This document shows positions 61,390-64,000 of a stretch of DNA of 64,000 nt, in pieces. The notes under the pieces were generated by a model that searched no databases, had not been told where the DNA came from, and saw only the letters and a program-made list of their open reading frames with translations. A program made the translations under genes and the position numbers. The DNA comes from an uncultured Anaerolineales bacterium (lineage in GTDB: Bacteria; Chloroflexota; Anaerolineae; B4-G1). The stretch covers positions 5,088 through 69,087 of the forward strand of contig CAYUIS010000003.1 of assembly GCA_964444825.1 (NCBI GenBank), read 5' to 3'. How positions within the stretch are numbered: the stretch's first letter is position 1; each line of letters opens with the position of its first letter.

Positions 61390-62643
61390 ATGCAAGCTGG
61401 CATCCTCACCCTGGATGATCTCGACTTCCACCACAAGACCGTCATCCTGCGGGTGGACATCAACTCACCGATTGACCATACCACGGGCGGGCTGGCCGAC
61501 GACAACCGCATTCGCAAGAGCCTGCCGACCATCCGGGAGCTGGCGGACGCGGACGCACGGACGGTGATCCTGGCCCACCAGGGCGACACAGAGGATTACG
61601 GGAGCCTGGTATCGCTGACGCCACACGCCGCGCGGCTGGCCGAGTTGCTGGAGCGCCCGGTTCAATACCTCGACGACATCGCCGGGCCTACGGCCATCAA
61701 GCGAATCAAGGCACTCAAAGACGGCGAGATGCTGCTGCTCAACAACGTGCGCTACCTGACCGAGGAGGTGTCCACCTTTGTCAGCTTTGTCCAGCTCAGC
61801 CCGGAGCAGATGGCTCAGACGCGGCTGGTGCGCAACCTGGCCCCGCTGGCCGACTGTTTTGTCTGCGAGGCCATCGCTGCCGCTCACCGCTCCGCCCCGT
61901 CGCTGGTGGGCTTTTCAGAGGTGCTGCCGGCAGCCGGAGGTCGTCTCTTTGTGGACGAGCTGAGCGCCCTGACACGCATCAAGGAGTCGCCCGCGCAGCC
62001 GTGCGTCTTTGTCCTGGGCGGCAGCCGTATCGCCGATGCCTTTAGCATGATGGCGCAGGTATTGCGCGAAGGCACGGCCAGACACGTCCTCACCAGTGGA
62101 CTGACCGGCGAGGTGATGCTGCTGGCTCAGGGCCGCAAGCTGGGGGAACCCACCGAGCGCCTGATCCGGGACAAGGGACTGTGGCCCTACGTGGAAAAGG
62201 CGCGCGCCCTGCTGGAGGCCTACAGAGAGCGCATCTCCTGCCCGCTCGACTTTGCGGTGGACGACGGCGGGCGGGTGGAGACCGACCTGGAGGACCTACC
62301 CTCCGACAGACTGCTGGTGGACATCGGAGAGAAGACCATCTCAGGCTATGTGGAGATTCTTCAGCAGGCAGCCACGATTTTTGTCAACGGCCCGGCGGGC
62401 GTATACGAGCAGCCGGCCAGCGCGCTGGGAACCGAACGCCTCTGGACCGCCATCGCTGACGCGGCGGGATACTCGGTTATCGGCGGAGGCGATAGCGTCG
62501 CTGCGGCTGGCCGGTTCGGCGTGCGGGACCGGATGGATTATGTCTGCACGTCGGGTGGTGGTATGGTGCGATTTCTCTCGGGGCAGTCGCTGCCGGTGGT
62601 CGAAGCGCTACGGCGTGCGGCGCGGCGTCAGCGGGGGATTTGA
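61390..62643 (+). CDS. pgk: Phosphoglycerate kinase, archaeal-type
   Basis: TLDDLDFHHKTVILRVDINSPID...DDNRIRKSLPTIRELADADARTVILAHQG. The INSP motif is typical of archaeal PGKs; bacterial PGKs have DFNVP. The C-terminal GGG..A motif is also present (SVIGGGDSVAAA). Confidence 0.8.
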   Translation: MQAGILTLDDLDFHHKTVILRVDINSPIDHTTGGLADDNRIRKSLPTIRELADADARTVILAHQGDTEDYGSLVSLTPHAARLAELLERPVQYLDDIAGPTAIKRIKALKDGEMLLLNNVRYLTEEVSTFVSFVQLSPEQMAQTRLVRNLAPLADCFVCEAIAAAHRSAPSLVGFSEVLPAAGGRLFVDELSALTRIKESPAQPCVFVLGGSRIADAFSMMAQVLREGTARHVLTSGLTGEVMLLAQGRKLGEPTERLIRDKGLWPYVEKARALLEAYRERISCPLDFAVDDGGRVETDLEDLPSDRLLVDIGEKTISGYVEILQQAATIFVNGPAGVYEQPASALGTERLWTAIADAAGYSVIGGGDSVAAAGRFGVRDRMDYVCTSGGGMVRFLSGQSLPVVEALRRAARRQRGI

Positions 62644-62658
62644 TGCCGATCTTCCTAC

Positions 62659-62997
62659 CTAAAGCTCCAAAGCACGGCGCAATCGTTGATCTACTTGAGC
62701 CAGGTCCGTCGAGGTCAGCGCCCCGATGTGATGGAGTACACGGGAAGGATCAAGTGTGAAAAGCGCCGGCTTGAGTGCTGAAGGATGACGCAGACCCGCC
62801 GTGTGCCAGTCGCTTAATACATAGTCAAGCGGAGTCGGCGACGCTGTAATCCTGGAGGTAAGAGCGGCCAACAAGAGATCCGGTTCAGTCGTGTGATACA
62901 GAGCACTGCTCACAACCACTGCAGGCCTGACTTTGGTCGTGCTGAGATCGCTGAACGGAAAAGGTACCAGAACCACATCACCGCGCTGGAACGCCAT
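62659..62997 (-). CDS. MazF/PemK-family type II toxin (endoribonuclease)
   Basis: MAFQRGDVVLVPFPFSDLSTTKVRPAVVVSS is the MazF/Kid N-terminal signature. An alternative upstream start is at 63027 or 63102. Confidence 0.7.
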   Translation of the reverse strand: MAFQRGDVVLVPFPFSDLSTTKVRPAVVVSSALYHTTEPDLLLAALTSRITASPTPLDYVLSDWHTAGLRHPSALKPALFTLDPSRVLHHIGALTSTDLAQVDQRLRRALEL

Positions 62998-63256
62998 ACA
63001 ACTCTCTCCAATTGTCGTAAACAGCATCCTCCTCGTTGTCCCATACACGCTGTAAGGAAGCTTCTGAAAGGAAAGACCAACCCTGGCGCTCAACACGTTC
63101 ATCGAAAAGGTCAGTCAAGGCAAAGAGAACGTCCAGCGCTTTTTCGACAATCTGATCTTCGTCAGTCTGGTGAACCTCAGCCAGGCGACTCAGGCGTTCA
63201 GCACACTCCACAGACAGTCGAATTTGCTTTTCCACTACACTTGGTGAGCTATTCAT
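62978..63256 (-). CDS. Putative antitoxin of the MazF-like toxin
   Basis: A small protein immediately upstream, overlapping the toxin start by about 20 nt. The C-terminal motif is SEASLQRVWDNEEDAVYDNWRELYG. Confidence 0.5.
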   Translation of the reverse strand: MNSSPSVVEKQIRLSVECAERLSRLAEVHQTDEDQIVEKALDVLFALTDLFDERVERQGWSFLSEASLQRVWDNEEDAVYDNWRELYGVPAR

Positions 63257-63495
63257 TTTCCACCCCCAACTTGACACCGGCTGGGCTTCAAAGCTACCTA
63301 TTGGACACCACATCTCAGACTCTCACGAGCGTCTATCGATCAAATGCAAGGCCTACACACACCCGTGTCGTGGCTCCAATTATAAGCGAATGGTAGCACT
63401 TGCACAAACAACGGTGCCAATAGACCGGCAGTGATCACAATCCCAAGACGTCTGGCGCGAGACCGACGGAGTTCAACAGGGATGCGGAATACCAA

Positions 63496-63532
63496 CCGGC
63501 TCGGATGGTACATCCGAGCCGGTTTCTGTGTG
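63496..63532. terminator. Bidirectional intrinsic terminator hairpin (12-bp stem CCGGCTCGGATG/CATCCGAGCCGG)
   Basis: A perfect 12-bp stem with a 3-nt loop. TTTCTGTGTG follows on the + strand, and the U-containing tract TTGGTATT follows on the - strand. It lies downstream of the minus-strand gene ending at 63590. Confidence 0.5.
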
Positions 63533-63589
63533 TGCCGGGCACGGTGTGTATGCAGGAGGTGAAAACCCCCTGCCGTTTCCTCCCAGTCA

Positions 63590-64000
63590 CTACCTGATCG
63601 AGCTCCAGAACGTCGTGGTGCTTGTAGCAGTATGGCTGCGCCCATCAGGACAGCGGTTCTCCATCCACACTGTGCCACGATCGTTCGGCTGAACGGCGAT
63701 GAACAACAGGGTGGGATCGATCCGGTGCGGCCGGCGCGCTGATTTGAACCGCTGCGGTTCCTGCGGCGTGTCACCCACAAACACCACAGCGAAAGGGTCA
63801 AAACCGCTGCCGCTGATCTGCACGAGCATGTCGTCGCCAACCTGGGCAAGCGTCAGATCGTGGATCACCGGCTGGGCGCAAAAAGTGCCGGAATAGGTCG
63901 TCCACCGGTCCGCTGCGTAGACGGACACCGGTCCGCTGACGGTGGCAGCGTTGAGTTCGACCTCTATTTGCTGATACCCGTCCCCGGTCTCCCTCAGGCT
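63590..64000 (-). CDS. Partial gene (runs off the window end) with IPT/TIG-like beta-sandwich sequence
   Basis: The open frame continues to position 64000 with no stop. It reads ...VQISGSGFDPFAVVFVGDTPQEPQRF..., which is IPT/TIG-like. Confidence 0.3.
   Translation of the reverse strand, partial: SLRETGDGYQQIEVELNAATVSGPVSVYAADRWTTYSGTFCAQPVIHDLTLAQVGDDMLVQISGSGFDPFAVVFVGDTPQEPQRFKSARRPHRIDPTLLFIAVQPNDRGTVWMENRCPDGRSHTATSTTTFWSSIR

Noticed and set aside
63340-63849. 169-aa minus-strand ORF overlapping the IPT-like gene and the intergenic terminator
   Set aside because: It overlaps a better-supported frame and spans an obvious terminator hairpin, so it is likely spurious.
1-64000. CRISPR arrays / cas genes
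   Set aside because: No regularly spaced direct repeats of CRISPR type were seen. The only tandem repeat is the 3x heptamer at 43261.

Overview
High-GC (about 60%) bacterial window. The bacterial assignment rests on the ECF sigma/anti-sigma pair, the Crp/Fnr, Fur and GntR regulators, and a tRNA-His with an encoded G-1. Gene content looks Chloroflexi-like, but that is only an inference from composition.

The window falls into five blocks.

(1) 158-8006: a giant ELWxxDG-repeat surface protein (1493 aa), divergent from an AfsR/SARP-type STAND regulator.

(2) 8045-21785: an anaerobe-style oxygen/peroxide detoxification island with a divergent Crp/Fnr and a Fur-family (PerR-like) regulator. It encodes rubredoxin, an NROR-like rubredoxin reductase, two rubrerythrins, a peroxiredoxin whose peroxidatic Cys codon is an in-frame TGA (candidate selenoprotein with a downstream hairpin), DJ-1/PfpI, a 1Fe superoxide reductase, an MBL hydrolase, a class III adenylate cyclase with a Cys4 N-domain, a TRASH-type mini-protein, a family-1 encapsulin shell gene preceded by a tandem ferritin-like cargo ending in the LTVGSL targeting motif, an erythrin-like protein, a flavodiiron protein, a small Cys4 zinc-ribbon protein, a REC-histidine kinase hybrid, and a glutaredoxin-like protein next to an FTR catalytic subunit.

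(3) 21982-25174: a SagB-type dehydrogenase, then a putative IS with a 682-aa transposase inserted beside tRNA-His.

(4) 25175-40166: tRNA-His, then hisS with a leader carrying a strong terminator hairpin, then hisGDCBHA-(NUDIX, C_GCAxxG_C_C)-hisFIE-purH. This is followed by an ECF sigma/anti-sigma envelope-stress module with a DUF4097 lipoprotein and a bactofilin-like membrane protein.

(5) 40566-64000: an orphan soluble FtsK/SpoIIIE ATPase and membrane proteins, then a long plus-strand catabolic island. The island holds a split PEP-synthase-like dikinase (PpsA-like and PpsB-like halves 7.5 kb apart), two AOR-family tungsten-type oxidoreductases with a ferredoxin and a MoaD-like protein, a cyclase, UPF0261, an SDR, DUF2284, an HprK-like protein, GntR, acetoin/pyruvate-dehydrogenase-like E2/E1alpha/E1beta, and an archaeal-type (type II) GAPDH plus archaeal-type PGK pair. 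A MazEF-like toxin-antitoxin pair and a partial IPT-like gene close the window.

Most novel candidates: the PerR-island encapsulin with tandem-ferritin cargo, the selenocysteine peroxiredoxin, the split PpsAB-like kinase with AORs, and the archaeal-type lower-glycolysis pair.
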